A stretch of 61,129 bases of DNA, counting the filler, from Sphacelaria rigidula (lineage: Eukaryota), in NCBI GenBank assembly GCA_964200075.2. It is 9 parts of 9 records of this genome, joined end to end, with 100 filler letters (N's around TTAATTAATTAA, not from the genome) between each part and the next. Parts side by side here need not be neighbours in the genome. Positions count along the whole stretch, not along the records: positions 20,412 to 27,114 come from CAXNAA020018510.1; positions 27,215 to 33,917 come from CAXNAA020018511.1; positions 34,018 to 40,720 come from CAXNAA020018512.1; 6 more parts are not named here. One strand, 5' to 3'. The translations under genes were made by a program, and so were the position numbers. The notes beneath the pieces were generated by a model that was given only the letters and a program-made list of their open reading frames with translations, made no database searches and was not told where the DNA came from. Shown here piece after piece: positions 22,341 to 35,200 of the stretch (the stretch's first letter is position 1; every line of letters begins with the position of its first letter).

Positions 22341-24910
22341 GTGCAGGTGGGACCGACCACTTTAGAGTCAGGCTCGGTGCCGGCGCCGCCGTTAGCAGAG
22401 CAAGGCGAGACGCTTGCGGCGGAGCCGGCCGGATTTCAGCTGAAATTTGGTTCCGCTGCTACGTCGGCCGGAGTACCGCTGAAATTTGGTTCTGCGGACG
22501 GGGCTTCGTACCCGCCGGCGGTGCCGGTGACCCCAGCGGGGACGTCTATGTCTGCGCCGCATGCGCAGCCGTGGCGCCAAGTGGGGATCACGAACAATCA
22601 GTCGGGGGAGCAGGTGCCGATCGAGTATCAAGAAAAATGTATTCCTGCAGAGATATATTTCCCAAGTCACCGGGCGCGGGCAGCCATTGCGGTAGAGGCT
22701 AAATGGAATTCTGGCGCCCACTGGACGCGTCATGTGAGTCTGTCGGTACAGATTGTAGAGATGTTGGAGCATCTTCTCCTGGGTGTGCCGCTGCGCACTC
22801 CGGTTTCGCTCGGGGCGCGGCAGGCCGTCACCGCGTAGGGTCAGCATATTTACGTCACAGAGCGTACTGTTCCGCTGCAGCTGACTGTGATGACTTCCTG
22901 GGGGCCGGTGCAGTTGCCTTCGATCTCGTCTGCGATCATGCCGGGGACGGATGGTGTTATTCTTCTGGGGTTGCCGATGGTTCAGGATATCTCCGCCTGG
23001 TCCACGCTTGGAGATGCCCGCCGTTTTGGGCAGTCGTCGCGTGAGCTTGTCGGTGGATGCTTTTCAGGAGGATGAAGGTCAGGTGACCGAGGAGCGTGAT
23101 GCGGCGGTGGAACGCTTGGTGGAGCGCGGCCCGGAGATATTTATTGATCCGGCGGATGAGGAGTCCGCTCGAAACGTCGCGCTGGAGGAGAGCGTGACGG
23201 ATGCTGGGGCGAAAATCCTCAGCATCTCAAAAGCGGAGCGCCTGCGCGGTATATTGCATTGCCGCGTCAACGCGTTTCCTCGTGTGCTCCGGGGTGATCC
23301 TCTTGCGCGCGTGGAGCCCATGCGTGTTCAGCCAAACCCTGGGGCGTCCGCGGTGAAGACGATGCCGCGGCGGTACGATCCAGTGAAGCCGAGTTGGCAT
23401 TGTGCATGGTGGCTCTTTTGGCGCTCGGGTTGGTGTTACGGAATTTGCAGGCGGGGTGGTCCAGTCCGGATAAGGCGTTTCCGAAAAAGGCTGCATCGTG
23501 GACGGAGGGCAGGCTGCAGGCGTGGGCGGCAGCGAAGGATCTGGTGGCTCATCCCGTGACGCTGCTCCATCCTCGTCCTGACTGTCAGGTGTCAATGTTT
23601 CCGGATGCATTTGAGTGCCATTGGGGTAGCTTTGTCACGCAGGTGCCTGATGCAGAAATGCAACAACGGTTGCCGGTTGAAGACATGACGCATGAACCAC
23701 TGTCTTTTCTGAGTGGTAATTTCAAGGGCTCACAGATTCGTTGGGCTACCATTGACAAGGAAGGTTTTGCTATCGTGAACACTTTTCGTCGTCTCAAGCA
23801 TCTATTGTGGAGTGGCGTACACATTTTCACGGAGCACCGAAATCTAGCGTACATTTTCAACCCGGAGGCATGCGTGACGTCTGTGTCGAAGGCGTTGGTA
23901 CAGCGATTGGAGGGGTGGAAAGGAGTATTAGAACAGCATCGGTACACGATTTGTCATATGTCGGGTGAGCGTAACGCGTGGGGTGACTTGCTGTCGCGCT
24001 GGGTAAATATTCCCACTTTGCCTGCGCGCGCTGTGGCTGTGTATGGTCCGTGCGAACCTGATGACTCGATGCCGTCCAAATCTGTTGTCCGCCAAGCGCA
24101 ACGAATAGACCTTGGAGCTGAGGATGCGGATGTGCAATCCTTCGAGTCGGATGTTGGTACTGCTATCTTGGACAATGAAGGTCTGTTTCGTGTGCATGTG
24201 CGTGGCCGAAACGTTTTGTGGATTCCGAGTTCTGACAAGCAGTTGCAGGTACGCTTGATGATTTGCGCGCACATGCGCGACGCCGGGCATCGTGGTGTGG
24301 ATGCGACGCTCGTGCGCTTGCAAGGGTTTTGTGTCTGGAAGGGGATAGAAACTAATGTCCGCGAATTTGTCCGCCAGTGTCTTCACTGTGCTGACTCGAG
24401 GGCGGGCGATGTTGTTCCCCGCCCGCTCGGCGACTCGATCCATGGGACCACGCCGAATGAAGTCGTTCATTTTGACTTCTTGCACGTGGGTGAGAGTGGC
24501 CCGCTAGCTTCCCAAGGTTTGTCGGAGGATGCTGGGTTCCGATACATTTTGGTCATCATGGATAATTTGAGCAATTTGGTGGCTCTGGATCTGTAGCAGT
24601 GTGTACTGCCGAATCGACTGCTGCGTCTTTGCTGAACTGGTGGAACACTTTGGGGGTGCCCCATGTGTGGGTGAGTGATACCGACACGCATTTTAAGAAT
24701 GCGATCTTGGCCCGATTGCGAGAGGCTTTGCGCGTTGATCACCAGTTTGCGGTAGCGTATTCTCCGTGGTCTAACGGTACGTGCGAACGCATGGTAAAGG
24801 AAGTAGTTCGTGCTCTTCGCTCTGTTAGAGAGATGACCGAGTGGGTGGGCGTGTTGCCCGCTGTGCAATGGGCGCTCAATGCAGTGTATAGACGTCGTTA
24901 TGATCGTACG
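22341..24910 (+). pseudogene. pol: pol remnant: degenerate protease, RNase H and integrase; RT core missing
   Basis: AKWNSGA at the protease DSG position. RNase H FPDAFECHWG...RWATIDKEGFAIV. Integrase HHCC (AHMRDAGH...CLHC) and core VHFDF / VSDTDTHF / SNGTCERM. Several frameshifts. Confidence 0.92.
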
Positions 24911-25529
24911 CCGATAGTGGGATTCAGTTGTGACTTGCTCAATCGTTTTGGCGTTAGTTTTCTGAGTGTCAAGCTTGTTGCTCGATTCTCGTCCAACGCG
25001 CTTTGGGGGTGCTGTGGCGAAGTCACGCCGTCACGTTGAGTATATAGTGGATCCTGGATGATGACCAGGGGACAAGGGCATCCTGTGGATGATGACCCTT
25101 GCTGTGTAGCCCAGCCCTGAAGGTGCGGGGCTGCAGGTGTTTACTTCGGTAATGATAAGGTGCTGTGAAGGCTGACAACTGAGGCCTTGAGGCCAGTGGA
25201 ATTGGGGAGTCCCTCAACAGCATTTAGACGCTGCAGTACTAGCAGGTTGCTGGCGTCACACGCAGTAAGTGGCATGTTTTAGAGCATCATCGCCAACCGA
25301 CGCCGACCCCATCGGTGGTCCGCCCCTATGAAGCCGGGACGGAGCACACTGGGTTCACGCCGGACCAGGCGGAGGGGGCGGGAGGGCGAAGATCGAATAC
25401 ACGATCAATGTTGACGGTCGTGTGGTGTGAGGCACCGTTATCTGCTATCCACACTTCCGTGCCACCCTCTAACATATCTTTACTACCATTCTAGTAGAAC
25501 AAAGTATTATTTCTCAAGTCTACATCACC

Positions 25530-26370
25530 TCAGTCAAACTTGGATACAGTCGCAGAGTGTGCCATGCATAAATGCAGCGGCGTAGAAGAGAGTGAGCTGG
25601 CAGCGGGCGTATTGGCAGCGAGGATAGTCGAGGGCAGTTGTTGCTGTTGCTGTGGTTGATGTTGCTGTTGATAGTGAAGTAGTTGATGTTGTTGCTGCTG
25701 TTGCTGAACTAGTTGCTGCAGCGGTTGTTGTTGTTGCTGTAGTAGATGTGGATGTAGTTGATGCTGCTGTTGTAAATGTCGAAGTGTTGTTGGCGTCATC
25801 ACATGATTGCACGGCAATAGCCTCACCGAACGAGCGTTTCCATGATACATGTTGAGAGAGGTGGTGCTGTCCAAAGTGATGAGGTGGTGAGACGCGTTAT
25901 GTTGCATTGTCGACGTGCTGTCGACCTCCCCTCTGTCATGGATGGTAGGTATGCATGTGACCCAACTCTCCACACGCAGTGCAACGTTTTCTCGGGCCAG
26001 CAGGGTAAATGGGAAGCTCATTGCCGAACAGTCGGTACAACCCTTCTGGATACCCAGAGTAGTCATAACCACCAGGTGGCGGATCATAGTACGGTAGTTG
26101 ATTACCTGGATGAGTTGATGGTTCGGCATATCTACCACCCCCGTACATGATCACTAGACCTGGAATTGGACCCACCCCCCGATCCTCTTCGTCCTCTTCG
26201 TCCTTGCTGTGGGGGCGCCTGGTGCTGCTGTTGCTGCCGCCCTTGTCCCTGCACACCGCGACCTCCGAAAATCTCAGAGTATGATGGGATATACCACCCC
26301 CTCTACTACCACGACTACCTTGAGGGTGCAGCTCAGCGAGCGGGACAGTTATCGACGGCGTGGTGGTTGG
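25530..26370 (-). pseudogene. Probable retrotransposon gag-like remnant with poly-Gln-type microsatellite
   Basis: RCTACGELGHMHTYH is a degenerate CX2CX4HX4C. Gly/Arg-rich sequence precedes it and CAA/CAG repeats follow (25636-25775). Frameshifted. Confidence 0.5.
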
Positions 26371-27008
26371 TTTGAAAATTTCTCGCGTACTACACTTCGA
26401 TAGAACTCGAAAGTGCCAGCATCCGTAGATTTTGGTATAATTAACAGATCGTCCGCAAAACGCAGTGCCCAAGTTAGTGTTACTTGGGGTTATCGGGCGA
26501 AACGGGTAGATACCTCGTTTGTCATGAGGGTGTTATTGATCGTGAAACACGGTATTTCGGCTCTAGTGCAATGAGTAGGTAGAATTTCTAAAAACAATTC
26601 TTTGAGTTTCTTCACAATTACGATCGTAATGGGTTCGATCGATCGAAAATACCAGAGAGTCAAAATCTGGGCTAGAAATTGGCCGGACCCGCGATGACCG
26701 GTCAGCACGTAAGACACTCAATATTGAGAACTGATGGGTTTTTTTTTTTAATGTGGAGCGGATACAAATATCTTTTAGATCCACAAGTTGAAAAGCGGTG
26801 GCAAGCGAAAAGAGCCCAAGAAAATCGCCAATTACGACAAAATCACAAAATGAATAGTTCAGACGCTAACTACTACATTGCAATATTGGCAGAATACCTC
26901 GTTGTGCTGTCATCGACGTCTTGATCCTCTAGGGTTCCGCCCGTTCTGCGTGCCCCTGCCTCGAACGTCGTTGCTTTCGGCTAAGAGGGCGCTGTCCTGA
27001 CTGTTGCC

Positions 27009-27114
27009 TGTGGCGAAATCACGCCGTCACGATTGAGTATATAGTGGATCCTGGATGATGACTAGGGGACAAGGTCATCCTGTAGATGATGACTCTTGAT
27101 GTGTAGCCCAGGCC
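27009..27114 (+). mobile_element. Third, partial copy of the gypsy LTR, cut by the contig end
   Basis: TGTGGCGAAATCACGCCGTCACG...GTGTAGCCCAG matches the first ~105 bp of the LTR at 21164. Confidence 0.92.
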
Positions 27115-27339
27115 NNNNNNNNNNNNNNNNNNNNNNNNNNNNNNNNNNNNNNNNNNNNTTAATTAATTAANNNNNNNNNNNNNNNNNNNNNNNNNNNNNN
27201 NNNNNNNNNNNNNNTGCTTGCCACCGCTCATCACAGTGACTGACTGCTGGATGCCAAAAAATGGGAATCCGGAGATGTTTGAATCCTCTTGACAAATATT
27301 GAAAGAAAAATTGTATGCGATCAATTATGAGTGACTTAC

Positions 27340-27938
27340 AACAGCGGATCATCTATGTTGAGGATGGAGATTTTCATTGAGGATGAGAACCCGGAGGAAT
27401 AAAATCTTCGTATCGACACCAAATCTTCGAAATGCGGTGCGATTCCTTCACCTCCTACTACTGGTAGCTGCTGTTGACAAGTACTACACGCCACACAAAT
27501 TTGCGTCTCAATGACCGAAATGTTGTGGTCCTACGGGAAAACCCAATTTCGGGGAATTTCGGCGATCCGATCGGATCACCTGAATTCCCCGAAATTGTTT
27601 CTTCATTTGGGATCCCAATATTTCGGTTATTGACATTCAAATTTTTAGGACATGTAGCAGTTATAATTAGCTACCAGTAGTAGTAGGTAAAGGAATGGAA
27701 CCATATTTCGAAGATTTAGTGTCAATACGAAGATTTCAATCCTCCGGGTTCTCATCCTCAATGAAAATCTCCATCCTCAACATAGATGATCCGCTGTTTG
27801 TAGTAGTAGCTGTCAATAGCTACCAGCAAGCGAAGAAATCGATTTTTACTTCGAAGATTTGGTGTTGATACGAAGATTTTAATTCTCCCGCTTTTCATCC
27901 CCCCCAAAAGATCCATCTCCAATTTGTAAAATCCCGTG
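27340..27938. mobile_element. Palindromic MITE (27340-27798) abutting the right arm of a 4605-type MITE (27801-27938)
   Basis: ~58-bp perfect TIR AACAGCGGATCATCTATGTTGAGGATGGAGATTTTCATTGAGGATGAGAACCCGGAGGA. The downstream piece ends CAATTTGTAAAATCCCGTG, like 5027-5043. Confidence 0.85.
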
Positions 27939-29460
27939 CTTCTGGTGACGCGCCTTTTCTCGCTTCTCTCTCCCATACTACACAGGTAGCGCCACCACTC
28001 GAGAACCTCCTATTTGGCATAGGGCTCGAGTTCTTATTCCCTCTGTGGGCTATCAACAGACACTATGTAGGTTTTGAGTGCGCGGTTCTTATTCAGGCAT
28101 CACGATCTGTTTGTGCTGAAGTTCCCATGGTTTGAAGCCTTTGAGGCCCAGGTTCTTAACTGCCAAGTTATTAAGGGGTGGTGCCACCTGTACTCCACAC
28201 GAAGACAAAGCAGCTCGTCTTGGGCAATGTGCCCCCCAAACGATCACACCCGATCGTGACCCGGCTACCCATGGGCTGTACCCCCCATATCTCGCGAAAG
28301 AGTCGTTCCCTCGCAATGATCAAGCGTTATGGCGTGGCTCTGTGTGACCGTCCTTTCTCCTTTGCTGAATCGGCACACACAAGGCAACACATAAATCTTG
28401 TGCACCAAATCTTGTGCACCCTTGTGCATGCAATATGTTTACCCCGTAAGGTATTGGAGTGTTGTTGATCACGACGAGCATCAGCCCGATCCACTCTGGA
28501 GAAAAAGCGTTCAACCTTTTGATGCAATACCGATATCCATACTGGAACGGTTCTTCGATATCCAATATTTCGATACAACAGAATACAATGCGAGTATATC
28601 TCCAAACTGAAAATAATGACGAAGATGAGCCACTGCCGGGCCGAGGACATATCTTGATGAAATTTATGACATGTAGCAAGCTAATGCATACCATATCAAC
28701 TTGGACATATCCTCCGCAGTACACGTCCTAACCTCGCCATAACTGTGTCTATGCTTGCAACAAGTGCACGCACAACCGAACATCTCACGAAAGCACGCAT
28801 CTATCTTTCCTTGATTTAGCTGCACTGCTGGAGGATAATACGGCCGTACTGGAGGCAGCTTCATTACTGCCACCACCGCAACAATTTCAGGGGTAGTTGT
28901 ACCCACAATATTGGGCTCAAATCTACAACGGAAACTTTAGTGCCAGCAGTGGGTGGCGTCCGATGCACACACATGCCTCAACTTGACACAATCCGACAAA
29001 AGGAAGGAATGAACGAGTACCAGAAAAAGCGAAAATAAACCTTGAAAAAGTGAATGAAGGAACTTTGAGGTATGAAAAATTTACCGCGGTAGTTTCACTT
29101 TGAAGTACTATTAATATGCAGATATCAAAATATCGAGCATTTTTCTCGATACAATGTTTGATTCAATCAACAGCACTACTACTGTTGTGAATACACACCA
29201 ATATTTGCGTGAGCACCAAATGTCAACAATACTTCGCCCACCTGTAATATTTAAACTATAAACGGATATATACATATATACATATATATATATATATATG
29301 TATATGCTGTAGAAACCAAAATTGGAAACGAAAATAAACCAACACCAACGAAACGATTTAATATACCACGTTTTTTTACTCATGATTCGTTGAAATTTTA
29401 TCCGTTACTCGTACATTCAATAATGATACCCGGTGATCCTCATGATCCGTACACTCGCAA

Positions 29461-30231
29461 TCAATCAACGATATCGTCGGCAGTGCTCAGCCACTTCGTG
29501 CAGTCCAGCTCCGCCAACAGTTCGTGATACCTCGACGCGCTAACTGCCCCGGAACAATACAACTCCTCCGGTGAGACTGCAGCTGCTGCATCACGACCAC
29601 CTCGACGACCACAATCACCATCACCGCCACTGACAACCATGGTATTATCTTCTTGTTGTTGTCCGTTATTGCGGTGTCTCACGCCCTGTGCAACTTTCAT
29701 GACCGCCCTGCTTCCGGCGGACATCCCCCGCTTAGAACACAACCCCGCCGCCGCACTCCGTGCACCGCTAACGCTGGTACTGTTACCGGGTACGGGTGCG
29801 ACGCGGGTTGGTGACGATCGCGGTTGTTGTTGAGTTTGCGTTTGCGTTTGGTTTTTGTCGTAAGTCGCGATACCATTCCGACCACGATGATGCGGACAGC
29901 GGTGATGAGATTGGCGCTGTTTTTCTCGCCCAACCGCGTTACCGACCGACACCGGTGAAGTGTCCAACCTGTCACAATCCCCGTGCATTTTGTGCTGCCG
30001 GGGGGGCACTTGAAGCGCAGCAGTACTTACGGGACTAGGCGTGGTCCTGCTGTTTGATCGCCGCGGCTGTGCACGTGGTTTCCCGAATGTGAGTTGGCTG
30101 AGCTGCGGACTTTCCGACAGTGGAATGAAGTCTCGCCCTACCGCACGACCTTTGGATGTCCTTTCCTTCGCGCTTTCAATGCAAGTTCGGTGGTCTTCCT
30201 GTGTATGATGAACCGATTTGCGGGGAGGCAA
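29461..30231 (-). CDS. Hypothetical low-complexity protein (ORF or part of a spliced gene)
   Basis: 256-codon ATG-initiated ORF (MPPRKS...) with an internal GTAAGT donor near 30030. No domain recognised. Confidence 0.4.
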   Translation of the reverse strand: MPPRKSVHHTQEDHRTCIESAKERTSKGRAVGRDFIPLSESPQLSQLTFGKPRAQPRRSNSRTTPSPVSTAALQVPPRQHKMHGDCDRLDTSPVSVGNAVGREKQRQSHHRCPHHRGRNGIATYDKNQTQTQTQQQPRSSPTRVAPVPGNSTSVSGARSAAAGLCSKRGMSAGSRAVMKVAQGVRHRNNGQQQEDNTMVVSGGDGDCGRRGGRDAAAAVSPEELYCSGAVSASRYHELLAELDCTKWLSTADDIVD

Positions 30232-32904
30232 GAGTGGGGATACCTTGCCTGTGGGATGCCACCCATCAGAGTGGGGAGAGCTTTCAATTGCCTGATAGTA
30301 CTGACCAGGATAAGCAAGCGATTACGGTACATCCTTTCGCACTTACCGTGTTTTTTCGTCTTGAAGGCTCTTCTTCTTGTGGCTTTCGCGGAGCATATGT
30401 AGACGCCATGAACTGAGCGGAAGATTTATCTATTTTGGCGTGAAGCGTATTGAAATGCCCCTCGCTAAGAATTAGATGCTCTTTTTTGTAGCTGATAGGC
30501 TAGAGAAGGCTCGAGTAGAGCAGGACCGACAGGACCAGCGAGGGTGCCTAAATAGAGTGAAGGCTTGGGCAAGCCAAATCTCGGGCCACAACCACTCTAA
30601 TCTAACTATTTCGTGTGTTACAGCCAATACTAGTGAGTACTGTTGTGTGCAAGTCTCGCCCAACGTCAAATCTCCCCGAACGTCAGAGCCAACATTGTCC
30701 ACTTTCACACATAAGAGCGCGAGGGCGTGTCACATATTTGCATTTGACCCATACTTGCGGTCTTTGGGCTCTAGTTGGCCGCGAAAGTGGGGAATCCTGG
30801 CCCTGGATTTGGCGAGATTCTATATCTGACGAGATGATATACACAAACAATGCCTGCTAGTTGTGAAGCCCTTGCCGTCAAAAGCCGTTGGTCGTATCCG
30901 TCGGGAGATTGCTCCGCTGATGACTCGAAAACGAGAGAAAAAAGTAAAAACATCTGGTGAAGATGCGTTCTTGGCGTTCCTGGGGTTCCCTAATCTCAAT
31001 CCCCTATTATAACATCCAAGGTGATCATTCCTCACGACATCAGCTTGCTAGCTGTGTAGTCCCCAAGGAGACACTCTCTTTCTCAAGGATGATCAACCCT
31101 TATGTGATTCACGCTACATTCCACGAACCACGGCTCTACGCCTGGGGTAGCCAGGCTTCCGTGGGAGCACAATGATCTCATTTGGCGTCGACAGGAGAGG
31201 ATTTGGGGTACGATGTGGGAGCAAACTCGGCACAATACCACAAGTTGTGAAATTGGTGAGGGATCAGATAACTGGTGGGAGACCAGTACGCATATTTCAC
31301 GAGCTCACGGACACCTCGTCTGTGGAAACTGCTGGCTTGGCGACCCAATACACGCAAGAAACATGTGATAAGTGGTGAAAAGCATTCCCCACTGCTACCC
31401 GGCGAAAACCGTTTCCTGCGCGAAACCTTTCCTCGTTTAAGAACGCACGAAAAAAAAGGCTAGAAAAAGGGGGGAGGGTTATTTGGACACCACCAAATAG
31501 ACGGAAAACTTCCCAAAAGACAGGTGATGTGATGGACTCAGCTGCGCTATGTGTAGCTCACGACTGTTGGGCACGTTGGGGTATATGGACGCCAGTGCGT
31601 GGATATTGCTGCTTCATTTTTTCAGAATTAAAATGGTCAGGACAGTGCGTCGGGAATTGCGCTTAGGTTTCTCGACTTGCGTTGTACTGTCGAATGGTAC
31701 GACTGCGATGCTATATCCCATAGAGTCAGGATGTTGCTCGTATCCTGCACGGCACATATACACCGTCGTGCGGCGTGATCTGACCCACACGTGAAATGTC
31801 TACCATACACGTCGTGCCCGAAGGTACCAATGCGCCGCCTACGTTCCGTGCTGCCGAGCCGTGCTTATGTCCGGCCCAAACCCGCGTGCAAAAGTACGCT
31901 ACGATTCCTATTTTCCCTACTCAGTCCTCTGCCCCCCCCCGAATGCGCCCAGCCCGTGCTAGCGCCGACGTGAACGTCGTGTCCGTCTCGAATGTCTCAC
32001 GGTCGCTCCGCAGCTCAATCTTCTGACCGTTCCCAGTGTGATCACAGACTCTAGACGCAAAAGGGGGGGCTGCTGTGGAGAGCATGTTTGTGACGTTCCC
32101 AAAGTTCCGTATTTCCGATCCTCTAAACAACATCCACGAGGACAACCTCCCATGAACAACAGCTTGCTTGTTTTCTGGGGTACCCAAGGAAAGAGTCTCT
32201 CTCTCTCTCTTTCTTTCTAGGACAATCAACCTGTGTGTACGCCATGCTACGTCCACGAACCTGGACTCTTGAAAACCAGAGCATCGACAAAGAGCTCCGG
32301 TACTCCCGTGGGTGCGTGGTATTTCACATCCCCATGCACCAAAAGCAGTGATGCAGTATCGTTTGTGCGCCATCCAATACTAGAGCCCACTGCATACGAC
32401 GGCCGAGGCAAACGCACGTTATGCTGGGAAACGCTGTACCATAACCCGTGTCCCTCGAAGTAGCATTTGTGGCTTGGGCACAACAGACGCATAAAGGCGT
32501 CACGTTTCCTTAAACATGACTCCAGTCGTCTAGAGATACCCCACCACACATACACGCACGCATAAGAATCACGCGCGCACACGTAACGTGCGCTTGGTCC
32601 CTTCATGGACCCCGGTGTTTCTTTAAAAATGTAAACGGCATCGTTTCGCCAGGCTAATAGTATGCCACGGTCTCGTTTCTACGTGCACGATTTTAAGTTC
32701 TTCCGTCCTCACTAGAGCTCGGATAAAATACCACCTAACGTCAATGTGCTCACTGCAGCCAATACCACTGGGAGGGAGTTTTCAGCCACGATCTTGGCTC
32801 CTTGATCATCCTCGCGAGAGTTATCTTGTATCCATCGACGTCCTGGGACACATCTCTCGCAATAATCGCAACACCCCCCTCACCATCATTCCTCAATATC
32901 CATA

Positions 32905-33310
32905 GCCCAGGTGCGCGTGCACCTGGGATATCTCAGGGTCGAATGGACGTTCCAGATGAATGTGACATCCCTGTTCGACATCCCAGGGGTACGTTCCAGA
33001 GGGGTATCTACATCCTATGCGGGTGTCAATCTCGGATATTCCAGATTTAAATTGACATCTCAGATGGATCTGACATCCCAGATGAATTTCACACCCCAGA
33101 TGCGTATCGCAGGCGGACAGCCCGGATGGGTATCCATATACCCAAATGGATATCTCAAGAGGATCTGAAACTGAGCACCTCAGGTGAACATCTCAAATGG
33201 ATATCGTATCCCACATGGACATCCGTGATGTATCTAACATTCCAGATGAATACCCCGGATAGATAGGACACCCTAAATGGATACCCCTCATGCGTATTAT
33301 ACCCCAGGTA
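32905..33310 (+). repeat. Degenerate minisatellite of GACATCCCAGATG-like units
   Basis: Recurrent CATCCCAGATG / CATCTCAGATGG / TTCCAGATG variants over ~400 bp. Confidence 0.65.
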
Positions 33311-33659
33311 AAGCTTGCACGATAGTGCATTCCTTTTTTTCGTTCCCGGGAGGTCAGAGAGCTTATGCCTGCCACCTTGTCAACGTACGAAATGCCCGAT
33401 ATCTTGTCAGCGAGAAAAGTCAAGAACCGGAAATCTTGACCTTGCCGCACGTTGCTGCGCAGCGCAACGCAGCGCAACGCAGCCAACCAACAAACCACCT
33501 GCCCATGAACAATGATCCACGATAAGGATTCTTCACCTGGATCAATCGCCCTGTGGTACGGCAGCGGAAGCCCGGAAAACACCTCAGGGTGAAGATGCGA
33601 TTCTGATATTTCCCACCAGATATCAAGAGAAAGACGTGTACTACATTGCTTCTTCCTTT

Positions 33660-33792
33660 CATCTCTGTCTCTGTCTCTGCCTCCCTGTATTTGTCTATGT
33701 CTGTGTTTGTGTCTGTCTGTGTGCCTGTGTCTGTCTATGTGTCTGTGTCCATGTCTATGTCTGTATCTGTCCGTGTGTCTATGTGTCTGTCT
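33660..33792 (+). repeat. (TGTCTG/TGTCTA)n microsatellite
   Basis: Directly visible hexamer repeat. Confidence 0.9.
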
Positions 33793-34059
33793 TATTGTCC
33801 CCCCCCTCCCTCTAGACTCTTGCGTGGGCGTCGAGTGGCAACGGCGCTGTAAATCAAGCCACCAAAACCTGGACAAATGTACAGACTGCCACCGTACATA
33901 TACCGGGGACCGCCACTNNNNNNNNNNNNNNNNNNNNNNNNNNNNNNNNNNNNNNNNNNNNTTAATTAATTAANNNNNNNNNNNNNNNNNNNNNNNNNNN
34001 NNNNNNNNNNNNNNNNNGGGGTAGTGAGGTCCAGGAGGGGGGGGGGGGTTGTGTGTGGT

Positions 34060-34109
<50 letters not shown>

Positions 34110-34116
34110 CTATCGT

Positions 34117-34388
34117 AGACACTTTCTACGATACCCCCCCAAACAAAAAACAGCCCAGAAGTGTCACGAAAAAAATGGCCATACAGCGCCAGATGTTTGG
34201 GTTTACGCTGCATAAAGCGCCTCATATTAGTGACATTGGCTAGAACGAACCCAAGCGTGGGAATTTCCAGCTGCTCGTTGTGGTCGGCTTTTCCCACTTC
34301 GATTTACGTGAAGATTTTTCCTCCCAAAACCATGTATTTTGTTTTGGGGGGGGGGGGCTATCGTAGAAAATACCCGTAGAAAGTGTCA
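34117..34388. mobile_element. MITE with poly-G/C-containing inverted ends
   Basis: GACACTTTCTACGATACCCCCCCAAACAAAA is mirrored by TTTTGTTTTGGGGGGG...CTATCGTAGAAA...CGTAGAAAGTGTC. Confidence 0.55.
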
Positions 34389-35200
34389 GAGCTGGGAGGA
34401 GCAGCTGAATGATTTTCTAACCTGACCAAGCATTAGATGCTGTGGTATAAGCTGGAGATATTTTTGGGCAGGGAGGAAGGAGCCGATAAAAAGTAGAAAC
34501 TGGTATCAGATTCTCATCATTCCCGGTTTGTATGCAGAGATATAATATTGTGGTGTACATATGTGGACTGTGAGGCGCACGGTATATGCAGGTGGCATTT
34601 ATGGGGAGCCTGTTCATAAAGTTTTATTGCAGGTTTTTTGGAAAATAGAGGAACGTTACAGGAAATACTAGACAATAGTAAGACCCCATTGTGGAAATAT
34701 GGAGAGGTTGACAGTGATGAATTCGGTCGTTGCGTATTTATTGTTGTTTCCATGTTGATCGTGGTTGCGTTTATTGGCAGATTGATTCCATGTGGGAGGA
34801 TGTTGATAGTTTAGTAAATGGACTCAAAATGCTCAAGTGTAGCCATTGTCGTACTATTCGTTGAGCATCAGTGGGTCTTGGGGATGCTGTGTATACAGAT
34901 GCAGAAGAATAGTTATTCCATGGTTGGGTTCTGCAGACATGCTCATCAATTCACTCCTCGTACTATACGTCGTTTCTGCCGCTGATCGGCTCATGGCCGG
35001 GGCTGGTCCTCAAGGCAGGTTTTGTGCACCGTGCCGACATTGATGCATCACTTATAACCTGCGACCTGCGTCACACTAGTAGGAAACAGTTTCTCAACAG
35101 GCCACTGCTGTAGAATAAGTTGGCGTTGGGGCATGACTGAACGCTGAGTGTGTTTACGACGCGCACCCGTAGCCCCTGCAACCATACTGCAACGATACGA

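Larger units (their letters stand above)
21164..25260 (+). mobile_element. Ty3/gypsy LTR retrotransposon, internally deleted (non-autonomous)
   Basis: TG..CA LTRs at 21164-21412 and 25013-25260 (about 13 differences by hand count, ~95% identical). G-rich PPT-like tract before the 3' LTR. TSD GGCA/CGCA. Domain order gag-PR-(RT)-RH-IN. Confidence 0.96.
20412..25370 (+). repeat. Interspersed repeat split by a MITE and the gypsy element (pieces 20412-20672, 21053-21163, 25261-25370)
   Basis: The pieces rejoin to match the uninterrupted copy at 49543-50003 (GCTAAGATTGTTC.GCCCGAAGCG; CGGTAACCTGG.TGCC.AGCTTA; GCCAACCGACGCC). Another start occurs at 61072-61129. Confidence 0.7.

Noticed and set aside
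34036..34109. Poly-Gly/poly-Pro ORFs and long G/C runs (also 47461-47523, 13670-13697)
   Set aside because: Homopolymers at contig ends of unreliable length; the ORFs are translation artefacts.
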